A DNA stretch of 58,874 nucleotides from a virus (lineage: Duplodnaviria > Caudoviricetes), in IMG/VR virus record IMGVR_UViG_3300034104_003823, positions 1-58,874 of that record, one strand, 5' to 3'. How positions within the stretch are numbered: position 1 is the stretch's first letter; the number at the start of each line of letters is the position of its first letter. Made by a program: the position numbers and the translations under genes. Positions 38,967 to 47,258 of this stretch are shown piece after piece. The notes beneath the pieces were generated by a model. It was not told the DNA's origin. It ran no database searches and saw nothing but the letters and a program-made list of their open reading frames with translations.

Positions 38967-40814
38967 TTATCTTAATTCTCTTAAGTCAAATGTTCTAACT
39001 CCATCAACTGTGATTCTACCATAGAAACGGTTGTTAACGAATTTCTTAGCATATCTAGTCATTATACCTTTGATAGGTGTAAAGTTGAATGGGTTATACA
39101 TTGTAGGTGTCAATTGAAGAGGTACATACGGTGCGTAGATGTAACCAGTATCCAATAGAGATGTTCCTTTGTGACCAATCAAGATTTGATTTGGTGGGAA
39201 GTATGGATCTCTATAAACTTGGTATCTACCAGCCAATGTTCCAACTCTTTCAATACCCATATTGTATTGATCTTGCTCAGGTGAAGCGTTAGATACGTGG
39301 AAGTACTCAAGGTCATCAAAGATTGCAGAAACTTCAGATGAAACAACAATCCAGTTTGCACCACCTCTCAAAGTAGATTTGTGGATTTGTGCAGACAATT
39401 GGTTGATTGCTGTAATCAAAGTTTGGTTCCAATCTTTTTGAGTGTAAGAAGTTGTTAAGTTCAATCTTCTCCATCCGTTGTAATCCCAACGTAAGTTCCA
39501 AGCAGCACCTTTTCTCAAGTCTCTTAAGATTTCTCTATCGATTTCAGCAGCAACTTGTTCTGATAATAAAGCTGTTAATTCAGCTTCAGCATCGATGTTG
39601 TGGAATGCCGCAACGTCTTGAGCAAGTTCTGGTGACCATTGAGCTCTTAATTTTCTTTCTGTAACAGATACAGTTACTGACTCAAGATCAAATGATACTT
39701 CACCAATTTTGTCTTCAAATTCTAGTTCTTCATATCTTCTGTAAACAGTTGTGAAACCTGAATTTGGTAATGTTCCAATTGTTGATCCTGTATATCCATC
39801 AAGTGAATCTGCGTTACAACCAGCACATACTGGACAAGAAAGGTCAACTTCTAAATAGATACAACCATCTTGGTCACAAATATCATTGTATGATCCACCG
39901 TTACCTGCGTAAGGTGTTGCATTATTATTTGTAAATGTTGTTTGTTGTTGTCTTGAAGTTGGATTTACAATTCCTTTACCATATTGTTGAGTAACAACTC
40001 TAAACAATAATGATTTTGGATTTCCGTTGTCATCATAAAGTGCGTTACAAGTATCTGCAGTTGTAGTAAAATCTGTATTAGCAAAAATTCTTAAATCAGA
40101 AAGGAAAGTTTCACTATCAATTTCAGAACCATCAGGTCCGATTAATTTTCCAGTACCAGCGTAAGCAAAATCACAAAGTGCAATAATTACTTTTCTAACA
40201 TTTTTATTGTTATACTCACCATCAGCATCTTCAAGATTACCATTAACCCAAGCTTGTACAGTTGTGTCAGCTGTAACACCAGTCCAACGACCTTTAGAGT
40301 AATCAAACAATCCTGGAGGATCTAATGAAGCTTCAGAACCTTCATAAAATAAATCATAAAGATTTTTTTGGTAAGCGTTAGCTCCAGTATATCCAGCTGT
40401 AGTATCTTGTCCTGGGTTATTTGGGGAACCAATTGGTGCGTAGTGTGTTCCACCATTTCCTGGTTGAACCTCTTGATAACCTTGGATTTTAGGTACAAAG
40501 TAGAACAATTTACCAATAGGTAAGTTCATTGCTTGTACAGAAACGATATCGTTTGCTAACAATTTAGAGAAAACTCTTCTTACGATAGGGAAAACAACAG
40601 TTTCAAAAGCTCCGTTTGAACCTTCTGAAGTTGCTTCGTTAATCAAGAAAGAAGCTTGGTTTTCATACAACTGCGCAACATTTTCTTTTAGGTGGCCTCT
40701 AAGACCTTCTAGGAACCCTAATTTGTCCCATTTGTTAATTGTATCTTCTTTGATAACCTTAAGGTGCTTAAGACCGATGTTACCAACAAGACCTGATTCT
40801 AATAATGCTCCCAT
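38967..40814 (-). CDS. gp23: Major capsid protein, T4 gp23-like
   Basis: PIVRRVF..LLANDIVSVQAMNLPIG, RKLRAQWSPELAQD..AFHNIDAEAEL, G..YAPYVPL, FTPIKGIMTRY. Confidence 0.95.
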   Translation of the reverse strand: MGALLESGLVGNIGLKHLKVIKEDTINKWDKLGFLEGLRGHLKENVAQLYENQASFLINEATSEGSNGAFETVVFPIVRRVFSKLLANDIVSVQAMNLPIGKLFYFVPKIQGYQEVQPGNGGTHYAPIGSPNNPGQDTTAGYTGANAYQKNLYDLFYEGSEASLDPPGLFDYSKGRWTGVTADTTVQAWVNGNLEDADGEYNNKNVRKVIIALCDFAYAGTGKLIGPDGSEIDSETFLSDLRIFANTDFTTTADTCNALYDDNGNPKSLLFRVVTQQYGKGIVNPTSRQQQTTFTNNNATPYAGNGGSYNDICDQDGCIYLEVDLSCPVCAGCNADSLDGYTGSTIGTLPNSGFTTVYRRYEELEFEDKIGEVSFDLESVTVSVTERKLRAQWSPELAQDVAAFHNIDAEAELTALLSEQVAAEIDREILRDLRKGAAWNLRWDYNGWRRLNLTTSYTQKDWNQTLITAINQLSAQIHKSTLRGGANWIVVSSEVSAIFDDLEYFHVSNASPEQDQYNMGIERVGTLAGRYQVYRDPYFPPNQILIGHKGTSLLDTGYIYAPYVPLQLTPTMYNPFNFTPIKGIMTRYAKKFVNNRFYGRITVDGVRTFDLRELR

Positions 40815-40854
40815 TTTTTATTTTTTTTTAGCTTTATTTTTATTTATGTATATT

Positions 40855-40861
40855 ATAAATA
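40855..40861 (-). promoter_or_regulatory. Putative late promoter motif TATTTAT
   Basis: 40 nt upstream of the MCP ATG, with an A-rich leader. Confidence 0.6.
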
Positions 40862-40895
40862 TACTTGACTTTTAAAAAAGTTTATTTTTTTTTAT

Positions 40896-42560
40896 TTATT
40901 TAATTTTATTCATCAAATCCTTCATTCTTAAGAATTGTGGATTTTCATAAGTTTTTGACTCAATCAAATTAACAGCTGAACCAGTAGATGGAGTTTTAAC
41001 AAAATTTCTTTCGATAGACTCGTTAATTGTATTATCTCCTTTTGATTCTCCTGTTAATTCATTTTTGATAGCTCTATAAAGATTTTTAGATTCTTTAAGA
41101 TTTTCAACATTATCAAATCTTTTTAAGATGTTAATCTTTTCTTGTTTTGTTGTTGAATGTTCTGTAAACAATCTAGTAGCATACGCTAAATTTGAATTAA
41201 ATACTGCCACTTCATTTAATTTATTTCTAAATACATCAAGCGCTTTTTTATATTCTTGATTTTTACTTCTAAGAGTTTCAAATTCTTCAATACTTTCTTT
41301 TCTTAAATGTCTTGGCGCAGTTCTTGGTTTGTCTAAACCTTCTCTACCCCATCTTTTTCCATTTCCAAGAGTTCTTGAAGCTTCTTTTGTCTCAACTTTT
41401 TTTATTTTTTTATCTTTGGCAACACCTTCTTTATATTCAAATTTTGCTTTTCCGGTTCCCATTGTTTTGTTAACTTTTTTCTTAACAGTTTTAAAACCAC
41501 CACCCATATTAGGTTTTTTATCATATCTGAATTTAGAGGCATTTCCCATACCTAATCCTTTAGCTTTAAATTTTGAAGATTCTGCAATGTATTCGTCTTC
41601 GACATTAGGTTCTTCCATATCTTCAAACATTTCAGTTCCAAATTCATCTTCTTCCATATCTTCAAACATTTCATCTTCTTCCATATCTTCAAACATTTCA
41701 TCTTCTTCCATATCTTCAAACATTTCGTCTTCTTCCATATCTTCAAACATTTCATCTTCTTCCATATCTTCAAACATTTCATCTTCTTCCATATCTTCAA
41801 ACATTTCAGTTCCAAATTCATCTTCTTCCATATCTTCAAATAATTCTGGTTCCATACTCTCAACATCAAAATCATCTTCAAACATTTCAGTTTCAAATTC
41901 GTATTCTTCCATATCTTCATACATTTCTCTTCCACCATCGTCAGAAACTTCTATTTCATAAATTGTTTCTTCACCAAACATTTGATCAATGTCCCCTGTG
42001 GAAATTCCAGATTCTTCATCTTCTTCAAATTCGTAAAGCTCTTCATCCTCACCTTCACCTTCGTAAGATTCGCCAAGTTGGACTAAGTATTCTATGTCAT
42101 TATTTTCGTCGTCAATATGTAACATATCACCATCCTTTACTACAGTGATTCCATCAGTTGGTTTCATTTTTTTGAAAACAGCAAATAATTCAGAATCTGA
42201 TGCTTGTGTCATATTAACTGGTTCGACTTCACCGTCTGTATCCAACATATTTGTGCCCATCATATCTGTTTCGTCATCTTCACTTGAATCCCCTTCTTCA
42301 TCACCTAAATTATCAGTATCATCTTCCTCATCTTCCGAATCGGTAGCTTCAACATCTTCTAAATCAGCTTCGTCACCCGACTCAGCATCAACATCAATCT
42401 CTTCTTCATCTTCTTCTTCGTTTAGAGATTCTTTTACTAATGATTTGATTTCTTCCTTCATTGTCGAAGAAAGTATTCCTTGTGCATTTCTTTTTAGAGA
42501 TTCTTCCAAATTTTTAATTTGTAAAAATGTATCCTCTACTAAATTTTCTTTTTTAGACAT
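40896..42560 (-). CDS. Prohead core / scaffold protein (gp22 position)
   Basis: Very acidic, lies between protease and MCP; C-terminal coiled coil LNEVAVFNSNL..., many L/I-x-E sites. Confidence 0.75.
   Translation of the reverse strand: MSKKENLVEDTFLQIKNLEESLKRNAQGILSSTMKEEIKSLVKESLNEEEDEEEIDVDAESGDEADLEDVEATDSEDEEDDTDNLGDEEGDSSEDDETDMMGTNMLDTDGEVEPVNMTQASDSELFAVFKKMKPTDGITVVKDGDMLHIDDENNDIEYLVQLGESYEGEGEDEELYEFEEDEESGISTGDIDQMFGEETIYEIEVSDDGGREMYEDMEEYEFETEMFEDDFDVESMEPELFEDMEEDEFGTEMFEDMEEDEMFEDMEEDEMFEDMEEDEMFEDMEEDEMFEDMEEDEMFEDMEEDEFGTEMFEDMEEPNVEDEYIAESSKFKAKGLGMGNASKFRYDKKPNMGGGFKTVKKKVNKTMGTGKAKFEYKEGVAKDKKIKKVETKEASRTLGNGKRWGREGLDKPRTAPRHLRKESIEEFETLRSKNQEYKKALDVFRNKLNEVAVFNSNLAYATRLFTEHSTTKQEKINILKRFDNVENLKESKNLYRAIKNELTGESKGDNTINESIERNFVKTPSTGSAVNLIESKTYENPQFLRMKDLMNKIK
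41610..41840 (-). repeat. 27-bp coding tandem repeat (MFEDMEEDE)
   Basis: Six consecutive near-identical tcatcttcttccatatcttcaaacatt units, flanked by two FGTE-separated variants. Confidence 0.95.
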
Positions 42561-42580
42561 TTATCTATTTGTTTTACAAT

Positions 42581-42587
42581 ATAAATA
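42581..42587 (-). promoter_or_regulatory. Putative late promoter motif TATTTAT
   Basis: 20 nt upstream of the scaffold ATG. Confidence 0.55.
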
Positions 42588-42645
42588 TTGACATTTTGTG
42601 AAAAATTCAGTATTGTGGGTTTTTTAGTGAAAAAATTGATAAAAT

Positions 42646-42676
42646 AAAAAAAGGGTAACCAATTTGATTACCCTTT
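42646..42676 (-). terminator. Intrinsic terminator
   Basis: AAAGGGTAA / TTACCCTTT stem with U-tract on the minus strand. Confidence 0.7.
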
Positions 42677-42699
42677 AATTTTTAATTAAAAAAAATTTT

Positions 42700-42915
42700 T
42701 TACTCTATTACTTCATCAATTTTACTTTCAGTAATTGATGTTATTCTCCAGTCCATTGTATAGTTTTCATAAACCTTTGTTACTTTGGCCTCAACATCAG
42801 TTGGTGTATATCCCAAAACTAATTTTTCTTCTTTAACTTTTTTTACTCTACCAGATTCGCTATCCAAAAGATCAGTAGAAATTTTTGCTACAAAATATTT
42901 TTCTCCTTGTTCCAT
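42700..42915 (-). CDS. DUF4494-like small protein
   Basis: YFVAKI...GRVKKVKEEKLV...TDVEAKV...I.SI.ESKI.EV resembles the Bacteroidota DUF4494 family. Confidence 0.5.
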   Translation of the reverse strand: MEQGEKYFVAKISTDLLDSESGRVKKVKEEKLVLGYTPTDVEAKVTKVYENYTMDWRITSITESKIDEVIE

Positions 42916-42921
42916 AAATTA

Positions 42922-43638
42922 TTATTTTCCCAAATAATCGGATAATCTTTTCATTAAGTCAAGTGATTTGTTGCCACTCTCACCAATATTTCTTTCAACA
43001 GCCATTTTCTTTTCTTCGTCCAAATTCTCTTCAAATTTCATTCTATCATCTTTATTCAAAAATAAATAAGCACCAGGTGTTGATGGTGAAGAAACTAAGT
43101 CAAAACAGATTAATTCAAAATCATCTTGTACTTCATTTTGTTCTCCAACTTTTTTAAGTGAGCCAACACCACGAGAAGAAATACCAAGTGTTACACCTTG
43201 TCTAAGATAGTTTGCGGCTAAATCACCCTTTGTAGAACAAATACCTCTTTCGTGAAAACCAGGACTTGTTAATAATTTTAATTTACCAAGTAATACCGGA
43301 CCATCCCACCAAACATCAGTTATAATGTGAGATGCTCGATCCAAATCAATCAATGATGATTCCGGGTGATTTAACTCAGATAGAGCAGTTCCTTTCTCAA
43401 TCATTTTTTTATAATTTTCGGCTTCTCTTTTTAAAATCTTTTCCGGATATATTCTACCATTTCTATTTGGTGTGTTGTATTTTTGTAATACAGCATAAAA
43501 CTCAAATGGTTTTGAGTGGTCCAAAAAAGTTTTTGATTCCATTATATAATGGTTGTTTTCTGTTTTTGGATTTATATAACCAGCGTCGTATTCGATAAGA
43601 ATCCCTTTTCCAGTTTCGTTTGGTCCTAATATTCTCAT
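42922..43638 (-). CDS. gp21: Prohead core protease, T4 gp21-like
   Basis: NRNGRIYP, ELNHP, SHII, LGISSRGVGS, DLVSSPSTPGA. Confidence 0.93.
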   Translation of the reverse strand: MRILGPNETGKGILIEYDAGYINPKTENNHYIMESKTFLDHSKPFEFYAVLQKYNTPNRNGRIYPEKILKREAENYKKMIEKGTALSELNHPESSLIDLDRASHIITDVWWDGPVLLGKLKLLTSPGFHERGICSTKGDLAANYLRQGVTLGISSRGVGSLKKVGEQNEVQDDFELICFDLVSSPSTPGAYLFLNKDDRMKFEENLDEEKKMAVERNIGESGNKSLDLMKRLSDYLGK

Positions 43639-43659
43639 ATTTAATTTTATTAATAAATA

Positions 43660-44127
43660 CTAAACTAATTCCGTTTTTACTTTTATTGGTTTAGAATTTC
43701 CATTTTTAGTTAAATAAAATTTAAAGTACTCGTTTCCAGAAAAAACATCATTGTAAATTTCTTTGGTTAATTTCTTTAATGATTTTTTTAATTTTGTTGA
43801 TTTAAAATCAATTTCGTTAATTAGAAATAAATTGATTTCAAGATTCATAAATGATTTCTTCTTTAACTGTAATCCACTTGTTCTTAAATCTAAATCAACA
43901 ATAAATTTATTGTCAAATAAATCTTTTTCAATGTTTTCGTAAATTGAATGTTTTACAGCTCTTGTTAGATTTAACACAACTCTTGTCCAATTCTCAACTT
44001 CTGTTTTTGGTTCTACCCAGGTTTGAATGTTTAAATAAAGTGATTTAAATTCTTTTGAGTCTACGGTTCCGTAATGGATTTTACTTGTTCGGAATCCGGT
44101 TAATTTTGCGGTTTTACCCTTTTTCAT
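43660..44127 (-). CDS. Hypothetical protein
   Basis: 155 aa, divergent from bS21; TTG-N20-TAATATTA upstream. Confidence 0.7.
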   Translation of the reverse strand: MKKGKTAKLTGFRTSKIHYGTVDSKEFKSLYLNIQTWVEPKTEVENWTRVVLNLTRAVKHSIYENIEKDLFDNKFIVDLDLRTSGLQLKKKSFMNLEINLFLINEIDFKSTKLKKSLKKLTKEIYNDVFSGNEYFKFYLTKNGNSKPIKVKTELV

Positions 44128-44182
44128 ACTAATTTTTCATACTACTATCGTTTATTTTTATTAATATTAGAAAAAACTTATA

Positions 44183-44189
44183 TATTTAT
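44183..44189 (+). promoter_or_regulatory. Putative late promoter motif TATTTAT for bS21
   Basis: 18 nt upstream of the bS21 ATG; orientation follows the inverted gene. Confidence 0.6.
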
Positions 44190-44207
44190 CAAATAAATCG
44201 TAAAAAT

Positions 44208-44399
44208 ATGTTAATAGTAAATGTGGATAAGAGGGGTGGTATTGAAAAGGCCCTAAAAGAATTAAAAAGTAAGGTAATTAAAACAAGGCAAAATTCATTA
44301 TTAAATAATAGAAAAGAATTTACAAAAAAATCTGTAAGAAAAAGACAACAAAAAATTAAAGCAATATATGTTCAAAAAACATTTAAATCAAACAATTAA
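44208..44399 (+). CDS. rpsU: Ribosomal protein bS21 (Bacteroidota-type)
   Basis: 63 aa basic protein: IEKALK..K.K, L..RKEFTKKSVRKR, KAIY. Confidence 0.88.
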   Translation: MLIVNVDKRGGIEKALKELKSKVIKTRQNSLLNNRKEFTKKSVRKRQQKIKAIYVQKTFKSNN

Positions 44400-45118
44400 A
44401 TTGTTTTGTTTAAATTTTTAAGTTTTATATAGTTAATCTTATCAAAATTTTCACTCTCAACTTTTTTGATTGTTTCGTTAATTGTTGTTTTAACTTCATT
44501 ATCCGACTCTTCATCTAACATTCTTTGTAATCTGTCAATAACATTTTCTTTGATTACCTCAAATTCAATTTTAAGTTTTTCATCTTTTTCATTTAAGATT
44601 TTAATAACTTCTTTTTTGTCGTTTTCAGAAAGAGTTTCAATATAACTTTCTATTGTTTTACTAGCAACTTTAAACATTTTATCAATTGGAACATTAACTA
44701 AATCTGTATCCTCAACAATCTTATCTTTTTTAATTGTTTCAAGAATAACATTTTTTCCTTTAATTTTGTGTTCTAATCTTAATATATCCTTTGAAAAATA
44801 ATCGTCAATTACTTGGTATTCATTTTTAGTTTTAATATGACCAACCCACATCTCAAGCTCTTTAATCTTTTTTGGGTTAATTTTATTTATTGTATTTTCA
44901 AATAAAATTTGCGATTGATTTAAAAATTCATTTGCATAATTTTCATTCAAACCTTTATTAGTTGACAGTTCATCATATAAATAAAATAATTTTTTTATAT
45001 TTCTATCACTTAATACAAGTTCGTTAAACACACTCATATTAACTTTAAATAAATCTTTATTCTTATAAGACTCACTTAAATATTTTTCTATTCTAGATTT
45101 AATTAAACCAAATTTCAT
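44396..45118 (-). CDS. Hypothetical protein (head module)
   Basis: 240 aa helical, directly after the portal; TATTTAT at 45133-45139. Confidence 0.7.
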   Translation of the reverse strand: MKFGLIKSRIEKYLSESYKNKDLFKVNMSVFNELVLSDRNIKKLFYLYDELSTNKGLNENYANEFLNQSQILFENTINKINPKKIKELEMWVGHIKTKNEYQVIDDYFSKDILRLEHKIKGKNVILETIKKDKIVEDTDLVNVPIDKMFKVASKTIESYIETLSENDKKEVIKILNEKDEKLKIEFEVIKENVIDRLQRMLDEESDNEVKTTINETIKKVESENFDKINYIKLKNLNKTI

Positions 45119-45139
45119 AACTATTTTTTATTATAAATA

Positions 45140-46960
45140 TTAGTCACCTAACAATTTTAACAATTCATCTTCAATTGACCCCAATGAATTTTTTCCTTTT
45201 GATAAATCAATATATGAATCACCCATTAAATCATCACTTTCTAAAAGTATATTTAAATTATCATTTTTCTTTTCTTCCGGTAATGTTTCACCTCCTGGTG
45301 CTGGCGGTGGTGCTCCTCCTGCTTCTCCTCCCGGTGGTGGAGCCATTCCCATATCACCTCCCGGTGGTGGTGCTGGTGCGGCAGCTCCTACTTGTGTTGT
45401 TCCAGTTACTTGTTTGTATAATTTATCAACAGTATCAAACAATCCTGTTTTTGTAATTATTGTTGCCGTATTATCCAATTCAGCTGACACCGCTCTTTCT
45501 AATCTTATTTGTTGTATATCAAGTTTAATATCTTCATCAGAAAAACCAAATATATGTTTCTTAGCCCAAGTAGCAGAGGTAGCCTGTAATGATTTTGGAA
45601 TTTCAGCAACAAGTTCTTTATATAACGCAACTTTTTCTTTCCAGACCTCAACCATTAACAAGTCAGCTTGTTTTGATGGATTTGTAAGACCTAATGTAAA
45701 ATTCTGTAATTCGTCCTCAAACCCTAATAAAAATAAATGAATGATTGCAATTTTATTTAATTCTGAAATTACACTTTTTTGAATCTTATTTATTGTTCTA
45801 GCAAAACGAATATCCAGTAATGCCAAATTTTTTCCATCACCAAGGGCTTCCTCAAAACCAAGATATGCTTTTGGTATTCTTAATGCCGTTACAAGTTTCT
45901 TTTGAATATACTCAATATCGGCAATTTCGGACATATTTTGTCCACCTGGTAAAGTATCAATTGGGCTTGGTGCGGCAGGATCTCTCACGGGGACAAAATA
46001 ATCTTGGTCAACGGCCATTTGATTAAATCTTAAATCAACATTTCCAGTTTTATTATCAACAACTTGATCTCTTTTAAATTTGTTTGCAACCCTTTGTACG
46101 TAAGCCTCAACATCTTTGTCATCCATATTCCCAACATATACTTTAAACACCCGTCTTTCTGGGGCTCTTGCAGTTCTATATATTAACATCGCGTCTTCGG
46201 ACAACAATAACTGTTTCCAAATACGGCGGGCTTTTTCTAACATTGATGTTCCGTATGGTAATTTTCTATCATCACCTAATAATCTAAAATGTGCTATTTC
46301 CCAAGTATTAAATTCCAAATCTTTTGTTTTCCAATGAAATCTTAAACCTTTTTGTTTTGGGTCAACCTCAGCATTTACTGATTTTGCTGCCATACCTCTT
46401 TCCAATCTTTCAATTTCAATGTTTGGTAATTGCATACAACCAACAATACCTTTTTCTGGGTCCAATTTTAGATATACAAAGTTGTCACCATATTTACATG
46501 TATTTCTAATCCACATTGGTAAATTTGTATTAACATCAAGCGCATTTATAAATAAATCCTCAAGAATTGTTCTAATTCTTTTTGATTCAGAATAAATTTG
46601 TAACAGTTTACCGTCTTTATCCGGTGTTGTTGATTCTTCGGAATATATATCAAGAGCTGTTGATATTTCCGGTGTAAACTCCATTGATTCGTAATCGTAA
46701 AATGATGCCAATCTTGTTGGTTCATAATATACCGCTTGTGTGTAAAGATTGTTTTCAATCTTTGCCCATTGACCGGCAAGATACATTGTTTGTTGTGCTT
46801 GTAATTTTTGTCTTTCAAATTCAAGTTTGTCATTTGTCTTTAACAAGACATCCCTATCAAGCTTATATGTTGGGTAATCTTGATTTAATAGTGAGTTTGG
46901 CCCAAAGGTTTGTGACAACCTTTGCCATACTGTTAAATTATCATTTTTATTTTGTTCCAT
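45140..46960 (-). CDS. gp20: Portal protein, T4 gp20-like
   Basis: PEISTALDIY, LLSEDAMLIYRTARAPERRVFKVYVGNM, DYFVP, IDTLPGGQN, DIEYIQKKL..ALRIP. Confidence 0.93.
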   Translation of the reverse strand: MEQNKNDNLTVWQRLSQTFGPNSLLNQDYPTYKLDRDVLLKTNDKLEFERQKLQAQQTMYLAGQWAKIENNLYTQAVYYEPTRLASFYDYESMEFTPEISTALDIYSEESTTPDKDGKLLQIYSESKRIRTILEDLFINALDVNTNLPMWIRNTCKYGDNFVYLKLDPEKGIVGCMQLPNIEIERLERGMAAKSVNAEVDPKQKGLRFHWKTKDLEFNTWEIAHFRLLGDDRKLPYGTSMLEKARRIWKQLLLSEDAMLIYRTARAPERRVFKVYVGNMDDKDVEAYVQRVANKFKRDQVVDNKTGNVDLRFNQMAVDQDYFVPVRDPAAPSPIDTLPGGQNMSEIADIEYIQKKLVTALRIPKAYLGFEEALGDGKNLALLDIRFARTINKIQKSVISELNKIAIIHLFLLGFEDELQNFTLGLTNPSKQADLLMVEVWKEKVALYKELVAEIPKSLQATSATWAKKHIFGFSDEDIKLDIQQIRLERAVSAELDNTATIITKTGLFDTVDKLYKQVTGTTQVGAAAPAPPPGGDMGMAPPPGGEAGGAPPPAPGGETLPEEKKNDNLNILLESDDLMGDSYIDLSKGKNSLGSIEDELLKLLGD

Positions 46961-46998
46961 ACTTATATTTTAAATATCTTTAATTAAAAGGAAATGTT

Positions 46999-47256
46999 TT
47001 AGCACCATATTAAATTATCAAATCCTTGAGTTATAATTTGAAAATTTTGTTGTGTCTCAATATTACAGGTTTGAACTGGAATAATTGTAGTTGTTGTAGT
47101 TGTAACTGGTGGTGGGACAAAAAATTCATCCCTCTTTGACCCCTTTTTATTAAATGATGGTTGGAATTTTTTTACATTATATATGTCTTGTCCGGGAACT
47201 ACCAATCTAGAACCACCAATTAAATTACCCGACCTTTTTCTTCTTTCTAATCCCAT
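46999..47256 (-). CDS. Small hypothetical protein with poly-T linker
   Basis: Start taken as ATG 47256, just after the terminase stop; ends NIETQQNFQIITQGFDNLIWC. Confidence 0.55.
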   Translation of the reverse strand: MGLERRKRSGNLIGGSRLVVPGQDIYNVKKFQPSFNKKGSKRDEFFVPPPVTTTTTTIIPVQTCNIETQQNFQIITQGFDNLIWC

Positions 47257-47258
47257 TT

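Noticed and set aside
40854-40861. Canonical T4 late promoter TATAAATA
   Set aside because: Present, but on the non-coding strand relative to the adjacent downstream gene in the cases examined; treated as the TATTTAT motif instead.
41610-41840. Possible CRISPR array
   Set aside because: Head-to-tail 27-bp units without unique spacers, in frame within the scaffold gene.
41329-42591. Ser-rich and alternative-frame ORFs (41329..41961 +, 41552..41938 -, 42094..42591 +)
   Set aside because: Shadow frames of the acidic scaffold repeat.
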